DNA of 64,000 nucleotides. It comes from Leptogorgia sarmentosa. Lineage: Eukaryota. The notes below the pieces were generated by a model that saw nothing but the letters and a program-made list of their open reading frames with translations, did not search any database and was not told the DNA's origin. How positions within the stretch are numbered: position 1 is the stretch's first letter; each line of letters starts with the position of its first letter. A program made the translations under genes and the position numbers. This document shows, one piece after another, positions 49,401 through 62,005 of the stretch. The stretch covers positions 1,736,001 through 1,800,000 of the forward strand of contig OZ210884.1 of the NCBI GenBank assembly GCA_964658305.1. Reading direction: 5' to 3'.

Positions 49401-49948
49401 CATATAGCGAATATTAATAAGTATTATTTGTTAATTAATAAATTGACATAGCTTGTCATTACGTTCATACATAGCTACTATATCAAAAAAATAAATGTTG
49501 GCTAAATTAACGCATTTTATCCGAAAATGTTCAACAGAAAAGCTTGCGATAGGACATTAAAATGTTAATTCAATATTAATTAATGGAGATATATATCTCG
49601 TCCCAAAGCAAGTGAAAAACAGTTATAAACTGCCAATCAAATAAAATTATCCATGCTAGACCGCAAACCATATTCCTCGCAGTCATGCAAAATAAACTTA
49701 AACAGTCAAGTTTGTACAGTTGATAAAGCAAAGGAAAAGTAGTAACTATATAAGATATGTACAAAAAATATCTGTAAATTTTCAGCACTAGAGCAAATGC
49801 CGGTTTGATTATACTGTGAGTAGTCTATGAAGCTCTTTAGTGCAATTTAGTAAAATTATCAGAACATAAGCGTGCAGTAGAATAATGTGTTTTTAAAAAG
49901 ATGTTTGACAAAAAACTCGGAACGAAGAAAGTTTGTCAATTAAAAAAA

Positions 49949-52900
49949 TCAATTCCACCATTTCAAAGTGATGTTTATATGTTTTACGCATTGTGCGGCC
50001 GTTATTCGATTTTCTGGCTCAGTTTCCCAGCAATTCTTCATGAGGGCATCGAATTGAGATATTACACGTTGGCAACCTTTTATATGTTGTGGCCTCAGAC
50101 CATCCATAATTCTGCTCATCAATAACTTCCCGTCAGGGAACTCACTGAAGATTCTTTGCCCATACCATAATTCCCACAACACCAGACCGAAGCTGTAAAT
50201 ATCTGCGCTAGTCATATAACGTTTCGATGCAGTATATACCTCGGGAGCCATGTAGAGTGGTGTGCCGGCAACAGTTCCTGTGATATCCTTCTCGTCTTTT
50301 GCAATACCAACATCAGCAATTTTCAAAGATTTGCGATCTAAGCCAACCTTGAATAAATTAAAGTTGTTAGGTTAGTTAGATTGGAATTTTTGTTAGGAAA
50401 CTAAATGTAAGTAAATGGTAGTGAGATTTAAAAATGGGAACAAGGGATGGAAGGGTTGTCAGAGTTGGAAAACTCAACTTATTTCCAGCCAGGGGAATGT
50501 AAATGAAATTTTTAAAGCGACGAAAAACACCGTGATAACGACTCGATCAGTTCGATCATTTGTATGTCGACATTTCAAATTGCTAACCCTAAATTAAAAT
50601 GAACTTGTAATGCAATAGAACACGAAAAGGAGAATATACCTCGGGATCGGACAGCAGAACACTTGGAGGATTGGACCCCTCACACATATTTGTTAAATTA
50701 TATTTTTCGGGGCATCATTACATCATTACAGCATTACCGCAATTTCACATCCACTTTAGATGTAATTTGTCTTACATATTTAAATAACAAAACAAATACG
50801 GATGACGGATAACAAAATGTCAACGGTCAACATGGGTACATATAAAAATTAACACGAATTTAACACAAATTAGATATAGTGCCGTTACTCTACATATTTA
50901 TTATACACAAGCACTGTCCACTGCACTGCAGTTTTATAGTTTGTCTCTATTTAATCATAATTATGATGCTCTGTAAACGTTGTTCCCACGCGATTTCTTC
51001 ATTGCAAAATTGTTGATCAGCCATGAAACTGAAAGGCTTCGCAGCAGTTTCGCTTCAATGCTTAGACGTACCAGACTGTTCAGACTTTCTGTCCAATTGA
51101 AGATCGAATGTTATTCTTGATCAGTTTAAGTTTAGAAAACGACCTTCGAAATCATGAAACTTAAATAAATACGTAGTACGATGCAGTGGCGAAGCCACCC
51201 CGACTTCTGGTCATGAAAATGCAAATTTTTCTGTATTTATAGACCGTAATATAAGGAATCAATTTCTAAAGAAATGAATAACATAATGATTTAAATTTGC
51301 ATTTGCATGTTCAAATGTCGGGCTGGCTTCGCCATTGCTAAGATGACAATTTTTGGAAACACTGTCTCCAGATTATTCGCAACGATTAAGCGGTAAAGGC
51401 GCGTCTCGATCGATTCAACGCACAGTAAATCATTGTCGTCATGATCATCTTTTGTGATCACGCAAATTTTGTGATCAAGCAAACCACGGAGGCCCAAATT
51501 GATGCGCAAACGGAGCTAGGGCCCCAAATTAAATTGTTATGCGAAAGGACGAATCGATAAACGCAGGGGGCAAATACGCAAATCTCGAAGGGCCCCAAAT
51601 GTGAACCACAAACCACAATGGGCGAATCATTTTCCAGAAAAGGGCGTGGCCTATCGAAGAGCGGGGCCACTGTAAGCGCGGGGCCCGAGGCATATGCCGC
51701 ATCTTCCACGTGGTCCAATTACACGTCTTCCCCTGCATGTTTTAGTGTGTAATTGAGCCCGCAGCTATGTTTTCCAGCAACGTTAACAAGATGCATGCGT
51801 GATTATGAGATATAGAATGCGGGCAGTTATTAATCTCGTAATAAAATTATCTCGCAATAAAATTGCCGATTCAAATTTTATTTAATTAAAATGAAGAAAA
51901 TTATCGATCAACTGAAATTACGATAATCCGCAACCCCAGATTGAAAATACTCTAGCACGCGCACGTGCGAAATTTAGAACGATTTCCATTCGTTGGGTAA
52001 CAAAACTTGCTGTATTTTAAGAAACTTAATTTTGAGATATTCAGCTGTGTGCATTACACGTACAATATCTGCTATAGTAGTTTGTGTTTGCAATGTAAAT
52101 ATACCGTTGGCAAGGGCGCAAATGAGCTATAGAACTGTCCATGGCAATCAGTGGGGACATAGAAATAGAATACAAATTAATAAACATTACAACTAGTTCT
52201 TACCAAAATATTATCCGGCTTTAAATCCCTGTGAACAAGTCCTTTTCCGTGTAGGTACTCCAAACCACAGGCAATATCTTTTGCCCATTTCAACATCTGA
52301 GAGACGGCATTGTGGCGTGTGTCTTGCGAAGCTCGGCCTGGTAAAGTATCCTGGTATTTTTCAAGATACATTCGCAAACTCTCATCACAAAGCTCCATGA
52401 CCAAGATGAACTTCCTTCCACCAGACTCCTCTTGCAATACTGATCCGTAAAACTTCACCACGTTTTCGTGATTAATGGATCTATAGAAAATGTTATAAAA
52501 TTGAACCTTGAGGATAATGAAATTCAAGATTCCACTTGTTATTATTTCCACTACAGGGTGTGGAGAAAAAGCGGTAATCAAACTTTGGCATGTCATTATG
52601 CGGTAATAAATTTGTATATGCACGTATACTAATTTCTGCATAGTCATGAATGCAGATGCATGTATTACTCTACTTCACTTCGGTGTTGTTGAGCACTCTG
52701 TGCGCGGAGATAGTGGGTGTACATTCGCACTACTGCAAAGCTCGCGTCCCTTGTGGTCGTTTGAGTGCTCTGGCACCATGACTCTCTGCGCATGTGTGGA
52801 TGCGTGATGCGTCGATGTATTGGTGTGTACCACTGGCACCATACAATGTATGCATTCCTCCCATTTTTGGTAATAAATTTTGTCTGAATTATATTTATCC

Positions 52901-55900
52901 TTCAAAACACAACGCCTCAACTCCTAATATTAACTAGAAGATCTTTTTTGTTCCTGCGTAAACGAACAAATATATTGTTTTATCCAGGGGCGGCGGAACA
53001 TATTCTATTTTGGGGGGGCTAAATTTAAAAATGTTTATCGTAGTTTTTGTCTAGGTGGAAACACAAACGGCATAGCGTGTAGTCACTGTAGTGATGTCTC
53101 CTGCTTTGAAAAATTGTTCAAAATCTACAAAAATACGGATACCAGGATATGCAATTGTGCATAGTGCATACTGTAGAGTGTAGATCATTTGATAATCTCA
53201 TGACTCAGTGTCTCGCATTCTGACATTCTTTATGTATTTTTGGGGGGGCTAAGCCCCCCCACTTTTACTTCTGGGGGGGCTTTTAGCCCCCTAGCCCCCC
53301 CTGTTCCGCCGCCACTGGTTTTATCGTTGACCAAGTTATTTTGAAATCTCGTTTAAGTTCATGAGTATATGTTATTGCAATGTGGCTCAGTTGCTATTCT
53401 CAATTATGCGTGTGTTAATTGTATCTGAAAATTATAGACCAGTTGACATTGTTCATGTATAGTTATGAAGAAAAGCTTTGTGTTTCGAAGGATAAAACCA
53501 AAATTTACCTAACATGGGACGATTTCGTGCGCATACTATACATAGATTTCTTCTAGTTGTATGTAATTATGACAAAGTCTGGAAGAGAAGTTAATGGAGA
53601 GGTTAAGATATCCCGATTTACGCAAACGGGTGCGGGTAGCGTTATTTTGTCAGTGAGATTTGCATCAATATCTTTGTAGCTATTTAAATTTAATCCCTGT
53701 ATTGTTCTTTCGTAAAAGACCATAAGCTGATGCAACAAGCAGAAAAGTTTGGAGCAAATATGTAAATACCGCAGAAAATTTCACTGACAAAATAATGCTA
53801 CACGTACCCGTTTGCGGGAATTGGGATATCTTAACCTCTCAGACATCGAAATTAACAACCTCGTACCCAGGGTCTTATGATCTCCGCTCCCGCTGCTCTC
53901 CCGCTACGACAAAGACCCTGGTACAGGCTGGTCACGTGACACCTTAATTAGTTTCATCCCGTGGGGGGAGGGATGTGCAACGTGAAATTTTTGTTTGCCC
54001 ATTTCAAGCGTGGACTGTGGCCGCCATTTGTGATGTGCGTGCCGTGAATATTTGATCAAAGCTTTCCCAGATGCGAAAAGGTTGTGAATGCCAGGTTTTT
54101 TACACTTGTTTGCACTTCGCTATCATCAACAGCTTATATTACGATCTAGTGTTGATGTAGTGTTGTTTCACCGTGCTTTTATACAACACAATAATATGAT
54201 TTTCATTTCGTAGTCAAGACACTACGGTGAAAAGTATACTCCAGGGATGTGTAAATAATTTGTCTCATTGTTAAAGACAGGTTACAGTCGCTTCTGCGCG
54301 TCGGTTCTGCTCATAACAAATGTGGACCACATTGTCCAAATTTCGCATTTTTTGAAACTTTTTTGAATCGAAACGCTGGTTTATATTGTTTTAGGAGCAT
54401 AGCAAACCCGAAAAGTGTCAAATATTCAGTAGTTCAATCAAATTTTACAAATATAGCAACTCAAAATGAAAACAAAGCGTTTGTTTACATTAGTCTGTAA
54501 CCCCCTTAGCAATATACGAAAACAAGCATTCATCCGTAGTCCGTAGCAGTAGTCCGTTGTGAAGATCTTAAATTCCCTATTGTCCATGTGAACAGGTCAC
54601 TGGGCAAAGGCGAGCCGCGAATGCAACTGTTTGGCTTTATTTACATGACTTGCGAAATGCGATAGACTTACCCACCCCTCCCTCAGTATTCAATTGAAAA
54701 CACCCCAGATTCTGGGGTGTCACGTGACCAGCCTGTACCAGGCTCTTTGTCGTAGCGGGAGAGCAGCGTGAGCGGAGATCATAAGACCCTGGGTACGAGG
54801 TTGCGAAATTAATACCACGAGCACCGCAATTTTATTCTTCAGGAAAAATCAATGGGGGAAACGGGGGGGGGGGGGGGGGCGCAATTGATACTAAGAACAT
54901 TGGCAAAAAAAGAATAATTATTCCCGTACCCTAACTTCATCTCTTGAGACATCAAGTCGTGGGCATTCTTTTCAGTGAGCATGTCTTTACAGATTTTTAC
55001 AGCAACATCCAAATGCTCGCCCTCGGCTGTTTTCAGACTTCCCTTGAAAACATCTGCAAACGTACCACTGCCAATTGCACAGCTGCCCCATCGTAAATCG
55101 GCTTTCTTTATGTCCTTTGGAATGATTTTCTCGATTGTGAACAATGAAAGTTCTCCCCTAACATTTTCACAATCGGCATTAACAGGTGCATATTTTTCTG
55201 CTAATGCGGACAAGTATGCACTTTCATATATTATGTAAGTGATTAAATCAGCATCCGCATTGATCAGATTCGTAAAATTCGATTTCATTTCCTCCAAGTT
55301 AAGTTGTACCATATCAAACTTTGGCGTGATGAATGATTGCAGGCTTTCTTTACTTCTGTGATTGTTCAAAAATTTTCTTGATTCATCAGAAACGTAGGAT
55401 TTTTTATCTGTTTTGAATGTCTTTTTGGCGATGTTCTTAATACCAAAATCAACAACAGCTTTTCCAGCCACGATTGGGAGACAAAGAACACCCCCAATAA
55501 TTGCAATAGGAAACCAAAGAGGACTTGTTACACCGATTACGACTTTAGAAAGGGTGCTTAAAAATAGATTGGGAATGGATGAAGGGTTGACCATTATTTC
55601 TTCGACTTCTTTGATTTGAAATGCCAGAGAATCGCTATTACTTTTGATTTTTTCCATCATCGAATCGTGTGCGGATGTTATCACGTGGTTTTTCGCCTCC
55701 CAATCATTAATTTCTTTACCAAATCTGTTACAAATGGCTTCCCGCACTTTCGCTTCCACTTCGGGAGTTAACTCTTCTTCCGGAAAGTCATCATCGATAC
55801 CGCTCCAGGTACAAAATTTCTCTTCGAAACCTGGTTTTGTTAAATACACATGAAGAGATTCGGCAGCGTTGTCTATTTTAGATTTAAGTTCATATTCTAG

Positions 55901-58900
55901 TTCTTTTATGCACTTTTTATATGTTTGTTTAACAACTTCCAGTCTCGTTTTTGCCATTAACAGGTTCAGGAATACGTTATCCTTCTTGTTCTTACTATCG
56001 AGAACAGTAACAATGAAATGAATTCTAGAAACAAGATCGGAAAGCCACCTACATAAAAATGGTTCAGGTTAGCAGATATTTTAGAAACCAATGCTAGTGA
56101 GGTATATTGAAAATGACAACAATGAAAATGAAATTCAATTATGCAATGTACTCGAAACTGATGCTCTTTTTCTTCACCATTATATTATTTAGGCCCAAAG
56201 AGTGCTCGATATCATATAGGTAGAGAATATAGTATAAGACCTGACGATTTCTCTTCGATGAAACAGGGTGTAGTGGCACCTTTTTGAGACTCGTTACTTT
56301 GGGCCTTTTCAGCCAAAATACATTAACAAAGTACTCACCAATGTACGCAAAGAGCGACAGATTAACAAATCTAAAGAAGAACCTGAACAGCCAAAGAGGA
56401 CAATAACTTTACCTTACATAAACAGAAATCTGAAATGACCGCCAGACTACTCCGACCATTTAATATTAACGTAGCACACAAGCCAACACATAAAGCAGGT
56501 CACGTTTAAAAAAAGCAGACAAAACAACGACAATTGAGACAAACAATGCCACAGTCGGACGAGCACAGACAAGACATGCATCTGAATTCAAAGAGGGATG
56601 GTACAGCACAGACGGTAATACGAAAAATCGACAAATTGACATTCCTACAATCTACATACAACTTACGACAACACGTACTGTTGGAGCTCTACTAATACGT
56701 TAATACGACTAATACTTCAATGCAAACTTCCCTGAGTCTGAATTCGATAAACAACAATCCAGTCATTCCAATAAAACCACCCATGACAACAAAGTTCAAT
56801 CAACCATGACAACGCATCCTTCAACCACCAATAATATCAGTTCAACCTCCAAACGGCCACGGTCAGACGCTCTCGACGTATACAGGACCAACAGCTCGAA
56901 TCTCAAATATAATACGTACATTTGTAAATGATTCAAATATTTGCTGAAGAAGGTTCGGACTAACGAGTCGAAAGGTCAATCCAGAGAACTTGCGTCAGTA
57001 TTAATATGCCTGGAGTACAAATCTTGATGGGTAAGTTCTAAGTTTCAGGGTTAAACGATAAAAGTTTGTTTTGTTATAATATTTGGATATGGTGTATTTA
57101 ATACTTTAGGATTTTATGTGTCTGTTTACACCAGCGACTTTTGCTGCGATTATTTTTACTGACGTGATTCCTAAATGAAATCGCCGATGCACCCCACGAT
57201 TAAAGTTTATTTTTTCAATAAAATGAGTTTCGAGATTGTATCGAAAAGGTGCCACATTCAGAATTTTTTTTTGAACATTTGGGTGTTTTCAGGGAACAAT
57301 TTCACTTCAACGAGGTGATATTTTTTTGGTCTTGCTCGAAATTTTTCTCGCAAAAGTCATTTCTGAAAAGAAACTTTAAGAAGAGCGACTAAGCTGATAA
57401 AACTGAAAAAGTAACATGGATAAAGAACGAACAACGAAGACATTTATTAAAGCGATGGTACCATACTCAATATCGTCGTCTCTCATAGCTTTTTAGATTT
57501 AGCATACTTTCATAATCATAAAAGTTTCAATCCTATCCGGAAAATATGCGGGCAAACATATTTTAAAGAAATTATACATGTTGTAAGTAACCAGAAACTG
57601 TGCTGTCTTGCAGCTAGACGATATCGACGTGGGACATGACTATGTTTCGGACCTTCGGTCATATTATTACACACATTCTATGCTTACTTACGCGTGCGCA
57701 CTTACTCTACTATATTTGTTTAATAAATAGTATTGGTAACGTTAGGGAATACTATTGTGATTGCGTGATCAGAAAGGGGAAAATTATGGACATTTAGGGT
57801 TCGCAACCCCACCCCCCATACCAACTATGTGCTAGTGACGGCGCTGGGTGTCTGTATTTTTTTAACAAAAAATTCCAATGCAGAAATTCCTTACCTACAT
57901 TCTTTCTTCAGTCTTGCCTTTATCGTTTTGAACAGCATCGATTTAACTGAATTGACAACCACTCGGAACTGTGGACTGATCATACCATAGTCTTGCCATA
58001 TACTTGCTTCGGTGGTGGAAAGTTTAACAACTTGAGACTGACAATCCACGCCCACCCAATATTCCTCCAACTTCTTTTTAATATGACCTTCAACGTTTTC
58101 ACGTTTTGTGTCAACGCAATCCCATTTATTGCAGACAAATACGGCAGCTTCTGGGATGAATTTTTTCGCAGATTCTCGAAGCACATCTGTAGCATTTCCC
58201 GAATCGGAGGTTTCTGCTGATTTTTTAGGCTCATTTTCTGATGTGAAGCCTGCCGTCAACTTTGGAAACAGAACGGAATTTTTAGGAAATTTTTGAGGCA
58301 GACCTTCAATATCCCCTGACGTGAAGCTCGTCGAAAACGGTTTAAGCACATCACTGGAATCCTCCGAGACGAAGTTTTCAGCAGTTTTTTTAGACATCCT
58401 TTCCGAGATTAAGCCTTCTGAAGCTTTTTTCAACAGATCTCCGAGCTATAATGAAAATATCATTGCTAACTCAGAAATTTTTTTGACTATCCTGCACCCC
58501 TCACATTTACTTGATATAAAATTGTCAATGGTAAAAATGTCGACATGTTTAGATATATCAAGCCAATAGCGACAAATTATCTTAGAAATCGTCGATTCAA
58601 TCCGGGTAGAATTATTTCCGACACCAAGGAATGATGGTTTGTCAATGGTAATTATTGTTCAATTGCAATGCTTGTCGAGGATAGACATGATTTGGGCGGT
58701 ATAAAAAAGCAAGAATAAAACAACTATAATTAAAGCTGCTTTTCTGAAATGTTATAAAATGAAACAAACTGCGAATATCATCATCTTGTAACTCAAGATT
58801 TGAGTCATTTAGAATAACAAGACACAAAATTCGGGTATACCATTTCTACTTTATTTCAAAGTCATTGTCAAACCAACTAATATTTGCATAGATCTTTAAA

Positions 58901-61900
58901 GGTGGGTTACAGTCCCTTCTGCGCATGTGCACTGAGTTTGTTATGAGTAGACTACTCATGTTACAATCACAGCAAGTTCCTAGTCCTACAGAGTAATAAC
59001 AACACCCGCGGCCGCCTAAATGTTTTCACTGTCGTCGGCTACAAGGAGCTATGGCTGATTCAGGCGCGCCAAGTTCCGTAAACCTTCAAAAACTAAGCGT
59101 CGTTGCAGATCTGACACTAGAAAGGTATACGACAAGAAAAGAGACACATCTAATTTATTTTTATTCGATGCTTTCGAAAGGTGGAGAGCGTTCAAACAAG
59201 AAAGCAACCTGAAGACTGACCAGAATGTGGCAGATTTTCTGCTCGATCATTACGCACGCAGAAACACGTTATGGTGAGTGTGTTGATAATAATTATAACT
59301 AAACCTTTGACCTTTAATGATGATTTTACGCTTTAATGTACTTCCCTTTACATATTTTATATGTTTTAGAAAACTCAAACGGTGGGGTCAACAACAATGT
59401 GACCTTTGTCTTCACAAGAACAATCAACCCCTATTTGTAATTCATATATTTTCCCCGAGCCAAGGTGCGAAGCGCCGTCAAGGCTTTAGCCCGGGGCGAA
59501 GGTAATAATTCCGCACGGCTATTTGCACCCGGGTAATGGGCAGCATAGCGGAGTCCAAAGTTGCTCGATTTGGCCGCCCGATTTTGGGTCATCGTCGAAG
59601 GGTGGTCAAGATGATCTGAAAAGCACTGGTATGGTTAAATTTAGCATGCTCGGCTAGCCTCGTGTGTAAATTCCGAATTGTTTTGCCTATATAAGTTGTC
59701 GAAAAACCCGGACAGGAAAATTAGTATACTACATCACTCCGCTCTAAGGTAGTCTAATTTCGTCAGTCTCACGTGAAATACTCTTTAACAATGAAAAACA
59801 AGAAAAGGGGAACTTTGAATATATGATATATATATATATATACGATAAAGTTTTGGTTAACGAAATGCCGAAAGAGTGCTCGATACCATATAGGTAGAGC
59901 AAATAGTATAGTTTTGCCTCAAAAAGGTGCCACTACAGCCTGTTTCATCCAAGAGGAATCATCAGAGCCATCTGATGATCCCTCTTGGATGAAACAGGCT
60001 GTAGTGGCACCTTTTTGAGGCAAAACTATATATATATCTACTCTCAACTTTCAATGAAAACCCCATCTCCGGTATAATAACATTTAGTCTGAGTCCTAAT
60101 TTTTGATCCGGAGGCTGAAGACGCTTTGAATGAAAGTTTAATTTCGTACATAATTATGTAAATGGAAGCGTGCGTCTATATGAAACCTCTACATTCTTTT
60201 TCAATTTTTGTCCTGGAACACATGCAGTAGCATCTATAGTTTAGCTATTAGTGGGATGTCCGAAAAAGATTACAAGCAGGACAGCTTATAATAATGCTGA
60301 ATTTGCAATAGTCAAAGGTTGAGTGTACACTAAAAAATAGTTACATTGTTAGCAAGACAAAAAACTTACCCGGTCTCGAGCAACACCTCCGGCATTGTTA
60401 CTATTTATCACATATATAAAAAAGAACGCCTTGTTAAGATACTCTGCTACAATTTTGTCCAATTCCGGATTTTCTCCAACTCCCGGGCTGTCAACAATAA
60501 TCAATCCATCCTAACGAGTGAAATGGAAAGGAGGTAGTCAGCAAGCAGAAGAAAATCAGGCATTCATCGATTTCAGATAATATTAGATGAATTCGAACTT
60601 CTGTATATCGCTGGAAAGTTTGTTTTGGATTTTCGGAAGTATATTGAACACTTTTAAATCGTATTATTTCTTGACTATTCGCATTAAAATGGATTTTGCA
60701 ATAAAAAATGGCATTGAAGCAATCGTTGAAGTCTGTATTTTTAACTGTTGCAATTTTAAAATGCATCACTTTCGACTCGAAGGCCAAAACCGTAATTGAC
60801 ACATTGGTTCTTTTGTAAGCAATCAGAAAAAACTTAGCTATCGCTAACGAATCGCTATGAAGCTGGGATATATACTCCAATTGAGAGGGTAAAACCCCAA
60901 ATCGACTGGACGCAGCATTACACAGTAATTTTCTGATAACTTTCTAGTTTCAGAGCTTTAGATTAGACGGTAACAGACGTAAAAGCATTACTATGTTTTC
61001 AGGTCAACAATGAGGTTTGTTTGTTCTTAGCTTTTTCCGATTCCAGTTGATATACCAGACCTTTCTTATAAGTCTGGCTGGAAAATACTAAATTCCCGCG
61101 AATTTTGTGTTCGTCACTTTTATTGATTTGGGTAAAGGAATATTTTTTTTCACTACCGGCGGTCCTCTCAGAAAGATGTCGCAAAATTCGATAAATACAA
61201 TCACTAAAACAAAGAAACACACTTGCCTTCAGTAATTCATTCGACCAAAATATTTCAATCTTTTTGATCATCAAACCATCATGACGGTGATTTGGAATGT
61301 CCAGATACGGTAATAATTGGTCAGTGTAGCTTTTTCCTTCATTTGGCTCCAAAAAATTATATTCTTCCGATTTTCTCTTTGCGTCATTGTAGTGAATTTT
61401 GAATTTCTTCGAACTTCCATATCGCACTTCGCAGATCGTGGAGGTTAATGGTAATTGTGCGTATGGTAAGATCTCTTCGCCCAAAAATAGGTTAATCAAG
61501 CTGCTTTTTCCTGAAGAAGTCTCACCTACACGAAAAGGAGTTAATTAACTATGACAAACAAACAGTCATTATGTGAATGTGGTTATAAGGAGAAAATGCT
61601 TGAGTGGCTATATCTAAATAACGGATATTATTATATGCACAAGCGCTGTACTGATTGGTTCTCTACTAGCAGGATAATAGCTCATATCCTGCTAGTACAG
61701 AAATGTAAACAAAATGGCTGAAAGAGCGAAGCCGGAATTGAAGTTTTCAACAGTAAAAACGTCTTTGCATCTTGTTAAAATTGATATTCGCTACCTGCAA
61801 ATAGTATTACGTATTCGTTTTGCAGCAGTTGTTCTGTCTTTTTTTCAATTTCATTCATCACGATGGACCCGGCACCACGATCCAAGATGCTAAGTAGTAC

Positions 61901-62005
61901 GTCCTCACAATCCTGAATGATTAGCTGAACTTTCTTGTAAAATTTATATAATTGTTTTCGCGCAGAAATATCTTCATCTCGTGCCACTGCAAATTGGGAA
62001 AACGC
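49949..62005 (-). CDS. Dynamin/mitofusin-like GTPase - hydrophobic hairpin - protein kinase fusion (DSTYK-like architecture), 5'-partial, >=998 aa
   Basis: Exons 62005-61795, 61525-61227 (GETSSGKSSLIN P-loop; GC donor), 60510-60370 (IIVDSPGVGE, G3), 58445-57895 (VCNKWD, G4), 56048-54930 (helical region, VVIGVTSPLWFPIAIIGGVLCLPIVAG, then GSGTFADV and VAVK), 52480-52204 (HENVVKFYG, HRDLKPDNIL), 50347-49949 (KIADVG, GTPLYMAPE, DIYSFG). Sum 2997 nt in frame; the start exon was not located. Confidence 0.88.
51184..51337. mobile_element. Short hAT-like MITE
   Basis: CAGTGGCGAAGCCACCCCGAC ... GTCGGGCTGGCTTCGCCATTG; degenerate 8-bp flanks GTACGATG / CTAAGATG. Confidence 0.65.
52985..53317. mobile_element. 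hAT-like MITE
   Basis: TIRs CAGGGGCGGCGGAACA...TGTTCCGCCGCCACTG; exact 8-bp TSD GTTTTATC (52977-52984, 53318-53325). Confidence 0.88.
53856..54803. mobile_element. Non-autonomous TIR element with ~85-bp TIRs and 9-bp TSD (Mutator-like by TSD length)
   Basis: CAACCTCGTACCCAGGGTCTTATGATCTCCGCTC...GAGCGGAGATCATAAGACCCTGGGTACGAGGTTG; exact TSD CGAAATTAA (53847-53855, 54804-54812). Confidence 0.88.
59967..60008 (+). ncRNA. Minimal type I hammerhead-ribozyme-like motif (Penelope-like-element type)
   Basis: Stem I GCCAT/GTGGC; core CTGATGA (59972-59978); short stem II TCC-CTCTT-GGA-T; GAAA (59991-59994); palindromic stem III ACAG-G-CTGT; predicted GUA cleavage triplet ending at 60003. Inverted copy at 59908-59965; degenerate copy at 56241-56278. 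Confidence 0.55.
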
